This document shows, one piece after another, positions 49,838 to 57,691 of a stretch of 64,000 nucleotides of DNA. Source of the DNA: an uncultured Gammaproteobacteria bacterium (GTDB taxonomy: Bacteria > Pseudomonadota > Gammaproteobacteria > GCA-001735895); contig CAVYHN010000035.1 of assembly GCA_963768295.1 (NCBI GenBank), forward strand, positions 64,062 to 128,061, given 5' to 3'. Every line of letters begins with the position of its first letter. Within the stretch, counting starts at the first letter, position 1. The translations under genes were made by a program, and so were the position numbers. Below the pieces are notes generated by a model. It worked only from the letters and a program-made list of their open reading frames with translations, had not been told where the DNA came from and searched no databases.

Positions 49838-50763
49838 ACGCCGTGGCTGCAAACTGGCAGCGACTGCTCGAGTCCGACCTGATTCACTATTACAAGCGTG
49901 ACAAGGTAGCGATTGGGGCCAGCACGATCTTCCTGATTCTGGCCTTGATGGCGCTGTTTTCACCGGTAATCGCACCCTTCGACCCTTACGACCTGACCCA
50001 GATCGACCTGATGGATTCGGAAATGCCGCCATCCTGGTACGAGGGTGCCGATCAACGCTTCTTCCTCGGCACCGATGACCAGGGCCGCGACCTGTGGAGC
50101 ACGATCCTCTACGGCATGCGTGTGTCGCTGATGATCGGGCTTTGCGCGGTGCTGCTGCAGGCCGCTATCGGTATCGTCATCGGCCTGGTCTCCGGTTACG
50201 TCGGCGGACGGGTCGACAACATCCTGATGCGTATCGCCGACGTGCAGCTGTCATTTTCAACGCTGATGGTGGCGATAATCGTGCTCGCAATCGTCAAGAA
50301 TGCCTTTGGCGGCGAAACCTATAGTAACTGGGCCATGTTGATCCTGATCCTGGTAATCGGCCTCGCCGAATGGCCGCAGATTGCGCGTACCGTGCGCTCC
50401 TCGGTGCTCGCGGAGAAAGAAAAGGAATACGTCGACGCGGCGCACGTCATGGGTTTCGGCCCGGTGCGCATCATGTTTAAGCACATATTGCCCAATTGCC
50501 TGTCGCCGATTTTCGTCATCGGCACGGTGCAGATCGCCAACGCCATTATTACCGAGGCGGCGCTGTCCTTCCTCGGCCTCGGCATGCCGGTAACCGAACC
50601 CAGCCTCGGCTCGTTGATCAGCATCGGCAAGGAATATCTCTACTCGGGTTCCTGGTGGATTACGCTGATACCGGGTATCTTCCTGGTGGTCATCGTCATC
50701 GCGATCAACCTGATGGGCGACTTCCTGCGCGACGTCTTCAATCCGCGCCTGTTCAAAGACTAA
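49834..50763 (+). CDS. ABC transporter permease (DppC-like)
   Basis: LGTDDQGRD, EYVDAA..G, HILPN, EAALSFLGLG. Confidence 0.92.
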   Translation: MNAVAANWQRLLESDLIHYYKRDKVAIGASTIFLILALMALFSPVIAPFDPYDLTQIDLMDSEMPPSWYEGADQRFFLGTDDQGRDLWSTILYGMRVSLMIGLCAVLLQAAIGIVIGLVSGYVGGRVDNILMRIADVQLSFSTLMVAIIVLAIVKNAFGGETYSNWAMLILILVIGLAEWPQIARTVRSSVLAEKEKEYVDAAHVMGFGPVRIMFKHILPNCLSPIFVIGTVQIANAIITEAALSFLGLGMPVTEPSLGSLISIGKEYLYSGSWWITLIPGIFLVVIVIAINLMGDFLRDVFNPRLFKD

Positions 50764-50939
50764 AAACTTCCCAGCTAAAAAAAGTTATTCCCGCGCCAGG
50801 TTTTACCCACAGTAGGAAAATTACGGGCGCGGCATGCCGTTAACCGAATAACCGAACAAATTTTTACTCTGAGTAAGTTTCAGTCCGATTGTCAGGCTAA
50901 CGTCGCCTCTGCTAGCATCCCGGGGATGGAGCCCGTCTA

Positions 50940-52517
50940 ATGCCAAGAAATATACTATTTATCATGTGCGACCAGCTGCGCTGGGATTACCTGTCCTGCT
51001 ACGGGCACCTGAAACTGCACACGCCGAACATCGATTCTCTGGCGGCGCGCGGGGTACGCTTCGCCAACGCCTATTGCCAGGCGCCGCTTTGCGGCCCGTC
51101 ACGCACCAGCTTTTACACCGGGCGCTACATGTCCAGCCACGGCGTCATGGCCAATAGCGACGCGATGCGACTCGACGATTTGACCATGGCCGACTACCTG
51201 AGACCGATAGGGTATCGCAGCGCGCTGGTCGGCAAGGCAGACAATTACAAGGATCCGGAAATGCTGGCTGCTTTCGGCATCGATCTCGACTCCGAATACG
51301 CCCGCGCCGCGGCCTGCGGCGGCTTCGAACCCTACGACTGGCATGAAGGACTCTACCCCGACGCGATACTGCCCGAGAACCACGCCTATAGCGCTTATTT
51401 GAACCGCCACGGATATCCCGGCAAAAATCCGTGGCAGGATTACGCCAATAGCGGCGAGGACAAGGACAGCAATCTGCGCTCGGGCTGGCGGCTGCGAAAT
51501 TCGATCTATCCGGCACGGGTGGCCGAGGAACACTCGGAAACCACCTACAGCACCAACCGTGCGATCGAGTTCCTCGAGGAGCAGGAAGGCGAGCGGCCCT
51601 GGTGTCTGCACCTGTCCTATATCAAACCACACTGGCCCTTGATCGCGCCGCGGCCCTACCACGACCTGTTCGACAAGTCTGACGTCCAGGCGGTTGTGCG
51701 CGCCGACAAGGAGCTGCAGAATCCACACCCGGTTTACGCCGCCTTCATGCAGCAGGAGTACAGCGAAAGCTTCGCCCGCGAGGACGTGCGTGCAAGCCTG
51801 ATCCCCGTCTACATGGGCCTGATCCGACAAATCGATGATCAGCTCGGGCGCCTGTTCGACTATATGAAGCAGCGGGAACTGTTCGATCAAACGTTAATCG
51901 TGTTCACCAGTGACCACGGTGACTACCTCGGCGACCACTGGCTCGGCGAAAAAGATCTGTTCCACGAACCCTCGGCGAAGATTCCACTGATTATCGTCAA
52001 CCCCAACTCGACCGCCGACGAAACCCGCGGCAGTGTCTGCAACCGGATGGTCGAAGCCGTAGACCTGCTGCCAACCTTTATCGAGTACGCCGGCGGCAAT
52101 ATCAACCATGAACGTGCCGAGGGCCGTTCGCTGATGCCGCTATTACGTTCGCGTACCGCACCCGCGGACTGGCGGCAATACGCGGTTAGCGAAATCGACT
52201 ATTCCGATCGCGGCCCAAGGACGTTGCTGAACCTGGCGCCTTATGATTGCCGCGCGACCATGATCCGACACGAGCGCTGGAAGTATATTCATCACAACCT
52301 GTTTCGCCCGCAATTGTTCGACCTGCGAAACGACCCGCAGGAGCTGGTCGACCTCGGCGACGACCCGGCGATGCAGAAGGTTCGCGCCAATATGAGGAAA
52401 TTACTGATCGACTGGCGGCACCGGCTCAAACCGCGCGTCGGTGCACCTTTCGACAACCTGGCCGGCATGGGCCCCGAGCGCGATGAAGCGCTCGGCATCA
52501 TCATCGGCAGATGGTAG
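50940..52517 (+). CDS. Sulfatase-family hydrolase (phosphonate monoester hydrolase-like)
   Basis: NILFIMCDQLR, CGPSR (formylglycine motif), YIKPHWP, TSDHGDYLGDH. Confidence 0.85.
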   Translation: MPRNILFIMCDQLRWDYLSCYGHLKLHTPNIDSLAARGVRFANAYCQAPLCGPSRTSFYTGRYMSSHGVMANSDAMRLDDLTMADYLRPIGYRSALVGKADNYKDPEMLAAFGIDLDSEYARAAACGGFEPYDWHEGLYPDAILPENHAYSAYLNRHGYPGKNPWQDYANSGEDKDSNLRSGWRLRNSIYPARVAEEHSETTYSTNRAIEFLEEQEGERPWCLHLSYIKPHWPLIAPRPYHDLFDKSDVQAVVRADKELQNPHPVYAAFMQQEYSESFAREDVRASLIPVYMGLIRQIDDQLGRLFDYMKQRELFDQTLIVFTSDHGDYLGDHWLGEKDLFHEPSAKIPLIIVNPNSTADETRGSVCNRMVEAVDLLPTFIEYAGGNINHERAEGRSLMPLLRSRTAPADWRQYAVSEIDYSDRGPRTLLNLAPYDCRATMIRHERWKYIHHNLFRPQLFDLRNDPQELVDLGDDPAMQKVRANMRKLLIDWRHRLKPRVGAPFDNLAGMGPERDEALGIIIGRW

Positions 52518-52530
52518 GCGGATTTACCCA

Positions 52531-53052
52531 ATGCGGAAAGACGGGTTACGCGGAGCACGGCCAGGCACCCTGCCGCGCTGTCTAGCGTATGTTTTATTGT
52601 TGTGCTCGATGCCGTTAACAGCGGCGGCCACCGATATCCACTGGTTATGGGACGATCGTTGCGCCGAATGTCATGGGCATGCGGCCGACTTTTCGCGCAG
52701 CTTTCTACGGATCACCGAAAACCAGCTGCAGGGCCGGCATCATTTGCGCGACCTGCGCCTGTTCCTGGGCAATCACTACACGCCACGGCGCGACGTCAAT
52801 GCCGTTTACGCCATGTTGCTGGCGCAGGTGCAAACACCCCCGCGCTATCGCGATGAATGCAGCGCCTGCCACGGCGGAGCTGCGGCCTTTATCCGTGCGG
52901 CGATAATATTACGCGAGGGCGCGCTTTGGAGTCGCGCGACAAACCAGTCGATCAATCAACTCATGCAGACACATCGAGGGCTCGAGCCGGACGACATCGA
53001 GTTTTTTGTGAAACTGCTGAAGCGGGTGGCCGCCGAGGTTTATGGCGAATAA
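52531..53052 (+). CDS. Exported diheme c-type cytochrome made of two internal repeats
   Basis: Signal peptide; CAECH and CSACH. Confidence 0.7.
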   Translation: MRKDGLRGARPGTLPRCLAYVLLLCSMPLTAAATDIHWLWDDRCAECHGHAADFSRSFLRITENQLQGRHHLRDLRLFLGNHYTPRRDVNAVYAMLLAQVQTPPRYRDECSACHGGAAAFIRAAIILREGALWSRATNQSINQLMQTHRGLEPDDIEFFVKLLKRVAAEVYGE

Positions 53053-53153
53053 CTTGAGCAACGCCGTTTCGAGTCATTATTCCTGCGTGATACTTTTGTG
53101 ATTTTTTTAAGCCATACTCTGGCCTCCAACCGATAACAGAGGAAAGACATCTG

Positions 53154-53405
53154 ATGATAAGCGTAAAGAAAACAACCGGCGCCGCGCTGGCCATCGCGGC
53201 CGCGGCAATGCTCGCCACGGCACCGATGACAGCCTATGCTGGTAGCGAGAAAGGCAAGTGCATGGGCGCCAATTCCTGCAAGGGTCACAGCTCCTGCAAG
53301 ACTGCCACCAGCAGCTGCAAGGGATTGAATTCCTGTAAAGGACAGGGCTTTCTGGAAATGACCAAAGCGGAGTGCGATGGCGCCGGCGGTAATTTCGAAA
53401 CCTGA
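53154..53405 (+). CDS. BufA2-like (group 2 bufferin) Cys-rich exported peptide
   Basis: GAGG RBS; signal peptide; KCMGANSCKGHSSCKTATSSCKGLNSCKGQG..EC with six Cys in repeated SCKG units. Confidence 0.75.
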   Translation: MISVKKTTGAALAIAAAAMLATAPMTAYAGSEKGKCMGANSCKGHSSCKTATSSCKGLNSCKGQGFLEMTKAECDGAGGNFET

Positions 53406-53422
53406 TCTGAAAGTTAACTCGA

Positions 53423-53460
53423 CGCCAGCGGGCCTTCGATCGATCGAAGGCCCGCTGGCG
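53423..53460. terminator. Perfect 38-bp palindrome between convergent genes
   Basis: cgccagcgggccttcgatc|gatcgaaggcccgctggcg. Confidence 0.75.
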
Positions 53461-53463
53461 CAA

Positions 53464-53739
53464 TTAATCCGGAAAGTGGTAATACTTCTGGTTTAGAAAC
53501 GCGACCACGTCGCCCACGTCCTCGTCGAACCAGGCGAGCTCGAGCGTATCCTTGCAGAAGCGCACCTGCAGGCCAAGACGCTCCTTCGAGTCTACGTTTC
53601 TAGCTTCACGCGTGTAGATACTTTCCTGATGGCAGCCGGTGCAATTTTCGAAGTGCAGGTCATCGCCGTTTTCGATATCGGCAGCTTCAGCCGGCAGCAG
53701 GAAAACAGGCAAAAACAATAATCCAGTAAAAATTTTCAT
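53464..53739 (-). CDS. Small monoheme cytochrome c, green-heme-protein-like
   Basis: Signal peptide; CTGCH; distal QVRFC; no Met in the mature chain; C-terminal W..E..DV..FLN..YY.F. Confidence 0.75.
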   Translation of the reverse strand: MKIFTGLLFLPVFLLPAEAADIENGDDLHFENCTGCHQESIYTREARNVDSKERLGLQVRFCKDTLELAWFDEDVGDVVAFLNQKYYHFPD

Positions 53740-53768
53740 GGCGATCTCCAGGCCTCACATAGCCGATT

Positions 53769-54482
53769 TTAACCCAGGAAAAAACGCATCATCCACTGGC
53801 CCCAGATATGCGCGTCGGGCTCCCCGGTTTCAATATGATACGCGGCCCGGGTGCGCTGCTCCGCCGTCAGGCTATCGGTGGCCTTGAGAAAATTGGTCAT
53901 CGACAGCCGCGACTGTTCCGGATGCCCCTGAAAGCACATGATGTTATCACCGATAGTGTAGCCGTAATCGTTGTAGTCGTCAGTATGGGCAAAGGCCTGC
54001 GCCGCGGTCGGTAAGCGGATCACGCGCTCCTGGTTGAAATGATACATGCCGGTGACGCCTGCTGACGGCTGCATCCAGTCGTAAGACTGCTTGATGTACA
54101 CGGCAAAATTGCCGATCAACCAGCCATTCTCGTTATGCCCGACTTCGCCACCGAAGCTGCGCGCCACCAGTTGATGCCCGAAACAGGAACCAACCACGCG
54201 CATTCCCCGGCTCGATGCGCTTCTGATCAAATCGCTCAGGCGCTCGATCCAGTCATGCGTATCGTGCACGCTGCAGGGGCTGCCGGTGACCAGGATCGCG
54301 TCATAATCCTCGATTTTTTCTGGGAAATGGCCCTGCGACACGAAATAGCTATCGAGCCGGGCGGCTGGATTTTGCGGCTGCAGCAAGTTCATAAACTTTT
54401 GTGAATCGGTGATGCCTCGATCATCAGCCCAGTAGCTTTCGGGGACGGCATCGAGAATCGCGATACGGATAGCCTTACTCAT
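53769..54482 (-). CDS. Type 1 glutamine amidotransferase (stand-alone)
   Basis: VTGSP, GSCFGHQ, FQGHPE. Confidence 0.88.
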   Translation of the reverse strand: MSKAIRIAILDAVPESYWADDRGITDSQKFMNLLQPQNPAARLDSYFVSQGHFPEKIEDYDAILVTGSPCSVHDTHDWIERLSDLIRSASSRGMRVVGSCFGHQLVARSFGGEVGHNENGWLIGNFAVYIKQSYDWMQPSAGVTGMYHFNQERVIRLPTAAQAFAHTDDYNDYGYTIGDNIMCFQGHPEQSRLSMTNFLKATDSLTAEQRTRAAYHIETGEPDAHIWGQWMMRFFLG

Positions 54483-54578
54483 GTTTTGCCATACCTGCAG
54501 AATATTGATTGACTCGGGTTCGAACGATACCTGAAAATTCGAGCTTGGAAACCCCGCGACCTGAAACCGAGCCTACTT

Positions 54579-56006
54579 ATGACGCCCGAAGAATTCCGCA
54601 GCGCCGGACATCAACTGATCGACTGGATCGCTGATTACCGCAGCAATCTCGAACAACGTCCGGTTCGCGCCCAGATCGAGCCCGGAGAAATCCGCCGCGC
54701 CCTGGCGCAAACCCCACCCGAATCTCCCGTTGGCGCCGAGCAACTGCTGGCCGAGCTTGAGCAAAAAATTGTGCCCGGCATCACCCAGGTACAACACCCG
54801 ATGCACTACGGCTGGTTTCCGTCGAACGCGTCGCTGGCGTCCACGCTGGGCGATATCGCGAGTTCAGGCCTCGGCTGTCTCGGCATTTCCTGGGAAAGTT
54901 GCCCGGCGCTAACCGAACTGGAGGAAGTGATGTGCGACTGGATGCGTCAGCTCACCGGCCTGTCGCAAAACTGGGAGGGCTGCATCCAGGATACCGCCTC
55001 GACGTCCTGCCTGACCGCGTTACTAATCGCACGCGAGCGCGCCAGCGACTATTCCGAAAATCGGGGAGGACTGCAGGCTGAGGACAAACCGCTGATCGTT
55101 TACACCACCGAGGAAGCGCATTCATCGGTGGTCAAGGCCGCCTTGCTGGCCGGATTCGGGCGCGATAACCTGCGCATGGTGTCAATCAGCGCCGACACGC
55201 GCGCAATGTCGGCGGCTGCACTGGCGCAACAGATCGAGGCTGATTTCGCCGCCGGCAACCTGCCCTGCGCAATCGTGGCATCGGTCGGATCGACCGGGGT
55301 TACCGCCTTCGATCCGATAGCGGAAATTGTCGAAATTGCGGCCGAACACATGATCTGGGTGCACGTCGACGCGGCGATGGCCGGCAGCGCCATGCTGCTA
55401 CCCGAATGCCGTCATCTCTGGGATGGCGTCGAGCACGCCGACTCGATCGCCTGGAACCCGCACAAATGGATGGGAACAATCCTCGACTGCTCGTTGTTCT
55501 ACGTGCGCGATGTGCAGCACCTGGTGCGCGTGATGTCGACCAATCCAAGCTACCTGCGCTCGACGGTGGATGATGAAGTCACGCAATACCGCGACTGGGG
55601 CATCCCGCTGGGCCGTCGCTTCCGCGCGCTCAAGCTCTGGTATCACCTCGGTATCGACGGTATCGATGCGATTCGGGCGCGGCTGCGGCGTGACCTGGAA
55701 AATGCCCAATGGTTTGCACAACAGGTGGCGGCGACCGAAAACTGGCAGGTACTGGCGCCGGTCAAACTGCAAACCGTCTGCATTCGTCACCAGCCTCCCG
55801 GGCTCGACGGCGAAGCGCTCGATCGGCATACCCTGGCCTGGGTCAATACCATCAACCAGTCGGGGAAAGCTTTCATGAGCCCTTCGCAACTCGATAACCG
55901 CTGGATGGTGCGGGTATCGATCGGAGTCGAGGCGACCACGCGCGCGCACCTGGAAAATCTGTGGCAGTTGATCCAGGTGCAAGCAAACGGGGTCGCCGGC
56001 GGATAA
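54579..56006 (+). CDS. Group II PLP-dependent decarboxylase (aromatic L-amino acid decarboxylase-like)
   Basis: MTPEEFR..GH.LIDWIADY, PALTELE, AHSS, HVDAA.AG, NPHKW, LGRRFRALKLW. Confidence 0.92.
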   Translation: MTPEEFRSAGHQLIDWIADYRSNLEQRPVRAQIEPGEIRRALAQTPPESPVGAEQLLAELEQKIVPGITQVQHPMHYGWFPSNASLASTLGDIASSGLGCLGISWESCPALTELEEVMCDWMRQLTGLSQNWEGCIQDTASTSCLTALLIARERASDYSENRGGLQAEDKPLIVYTTEEAHSSVVKAALLAGFGRDNLRMVSISADTRAMSAAALAQQIEADFAAGNLPCAIVASVGSTGVTAFDPIAEIVEIAAEHMIWVHVDAAMAGSAMLLPECRHLWDGVEHADSIAWNPHKWMGTILDCSLFYVRDVQHLVRVMSTNPSYLRSTVDDEVTQYRDWGIPLGRRFRALKLWYHLGIDGIDAIRARLRRDLENAQWFAQQVAATENWQVLAPVKLQTVCIRHQPPGLDGEALDRHTLAWVNTINQSGKAFMSPSQLDNRWMVRVSIGVEATTRAHLENLWQLIQVQANGVAGG

Positions 56007-56090
56007 GAGTTTCGCCCAATTTCATAAGACATTGTCATTAAAAAAGGATACATTACGCGCTTTTTAGACCCCAATCGGCAGCAAACAAAG

Positions 56091-56411
56091 ATGGCGAATA
56101 TCACCTGGAAAATGGAAGACGGCAGCGAGATCGCCGTCGACGTTAAAGACGGCCTCAACCTGATGGAAGCGGCTACGGCGAACAACGTGCCCCACATCGA
56201 GGGCGAGTGCGGAGGCTGCCTTTCCTGCGCTACCTGCCACGTCTTCGTCGAGCCCGAATGGCTCGCCCGCACTGGCGAAGTCGACGACATCGAGGACACC
56301 ATGCTGGAAATGACCGATGTCGAGCGTGAAGACAACAGCCGGCTCAGTTGCCAGATAATCGCAGCGCCCGAACTCGACGGCCTGGTACTGTACGTACCGG
56401 AACCCGAGTAA
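56091..56411 (+). CDS. [2Fe-2S] ferredoxin, putidaredoxin/adrenodoxin type
   Basis: ECGGCLSCATCHV, SRLSCQ. Confidence 0.92.
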   Translation: MANITWKMEDGSEIAVDVKDGLNLMEAATANNVPHIEGECGGCLSCATCHVFVEPEWLARTGEVDDIEDTMLEMTDVEREDNSRLSCQIIAAPELDGLVLYVPEPE

Positions 56412-56415
56412 GCCG

Positions 56416-57639
56416 ATGCCCGCGCCCGTCGTTATCGTCGGTGCAGGCCAGGCTGCGGCCTCGTTCATCTCGCGCCACGTAGCGCTGGGTAACTCCGAAC
56501 CGCTGCTGTTGGTCGGCGAAGAGCCGCATCCTCCCTACCAGCGGCCACCGCTGTCAAAAAAATACCTGCTCGGGGAACTCGAACGCGAGCGCCTGTTCAT
56601 CCGCCCGCTCGACTGGTACGCCGACCAGGGCGTCGAGACGCGTTTCGATACGCGCATCGCTGAAATCAGTCGCGCCGACAAGCAGCTGTTGACTGACAAA
56701 GGCGAGGCCATCGCCTACGACAAGTTGATTCTTTGCACCGGTTCGCACGCCCGCAGCCTGCCCGCCGAGATCGGCGGTGCCCTGCCCGGGGTTTATACGC
56801 TGCGCAGTATCGCGGATATCGATCGCATGGCGCCGGAGTTTCGGGCCGGGCGCAAACTGCTGGTCGTCGGCGGCGGTTACATCGGCCTCGAGGCCGCAGC
56901 CGTCGCGCGCCAGCTCGGGCTCGAAGTCACGTTGCTGGAAATGGCTGAGCGCATCCTGCAGCGCGTTGCCGCCGCGGAAACTTCGCGTTACTTTCGCGAG
57001 TTGCATACGGAACACGGGGTCGACCTGCGCGAATCGGCGCAAATGACTCGGCTGCTCGAAGACGACGGCAAGGTCTGCGGCGCAGAACTCGAATCCGGTG
57101 AAATCGTCGCCGCCGACCTGGTGCTGGTCGGTATCGGCGGCAGTCCAAATACCGAGCTGGCGCTGGCGGCGGGGCTCGACTGTGACAACGGCGTCCGGGT
57201 TAACGCGACCTGCCAGACCTCGGACCCGGATATTTTTGCCGCCGGAGATTGTTGCAACTTTAGCCGCGGCGGGCAGCAGATACGGCTCGAATCGGTGCAG
57301 AATGCGGCAGACCAGGGCGACCTGATCGCCCGCGTGCTGGCCGGGGAAGACGTGAGCTATACCGCGCTGCCGTGGTTCTGGTCCGACCAGTATGACTGCA
57401 AGCTGCAAATCGTCGGTCTTAACCTGGGCCACGATCATATCGCGCTGCGGCCCGGTGCGAGCGAATCCAGTCTGTCGGTGTGGTACTACCGCGGCGATCA
57501 ACTGCTTGCGATCGACGCGATGAACGAGCCCAGATCCTACGCCTTCGGCCGCAAGATCATCGAGGCCGGCAAGAATCCCGCTCCGGAGATAGTCGCCGAC
57601 CCGGCGACCGACCTCAAAGCCCTGGCGCTGGGCAAATAA
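56416..57639 (+). CDS. Ferredoxin reductase, putidaredoxin-reductase type
   Basis: IVGAGQA, PYQRPPLSK, GGGYIGLE, RLESVQNA, PWFWSDQY. Confidence 0.92.
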   Translation: MPAPVVIVGAGQAAASFISRHVALGNSEPLLLVGEEPHPPYQRPPLSKKYLLGELERERLFIRPLDWYADQGVETRFDTRIAEISRADKQLLTDKGEAIAYDKLILCTGSHARSLPAEIGGALPGVYTLRSIADIDRMAPEFRAGRKLLVVGGGYIGLEAAAVARQLGLEVTLLEMAERILQRVAAAETSRYFRELHTEHGVDLRESAQMTRLLEDDGKVCGAELESGEIVAADLVLVGIGGSPNTELALAAGLDCDNGVRVNATCQTSDPDIFAAGDCCNFSRGGQQIRLESVQNAADQGDLIARVLAGEDVSYTALPWFWSDQYDCKLQIVGLNLGHDHIALRPGASESSLSVWYYRGDQLLAIDAMNEPRSYAFGRKIIEAGKNPAPEIVADPATDLKALALGK

Positions 57640-57647
57640 TGGGTTAG

Positions 57648-57691
57648 GGGGACACAATACTTAATTCCCTGGAATTAAGTATTGTGTCCCC
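57648..57691. repeat. REP-like perfect inverted repeat (21-bp arms, 2-nt loop)
   Basis: ggggacacaatacttaattcc-ct-ggaattaagtattgtgtcccc. Confidence 0.85.
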
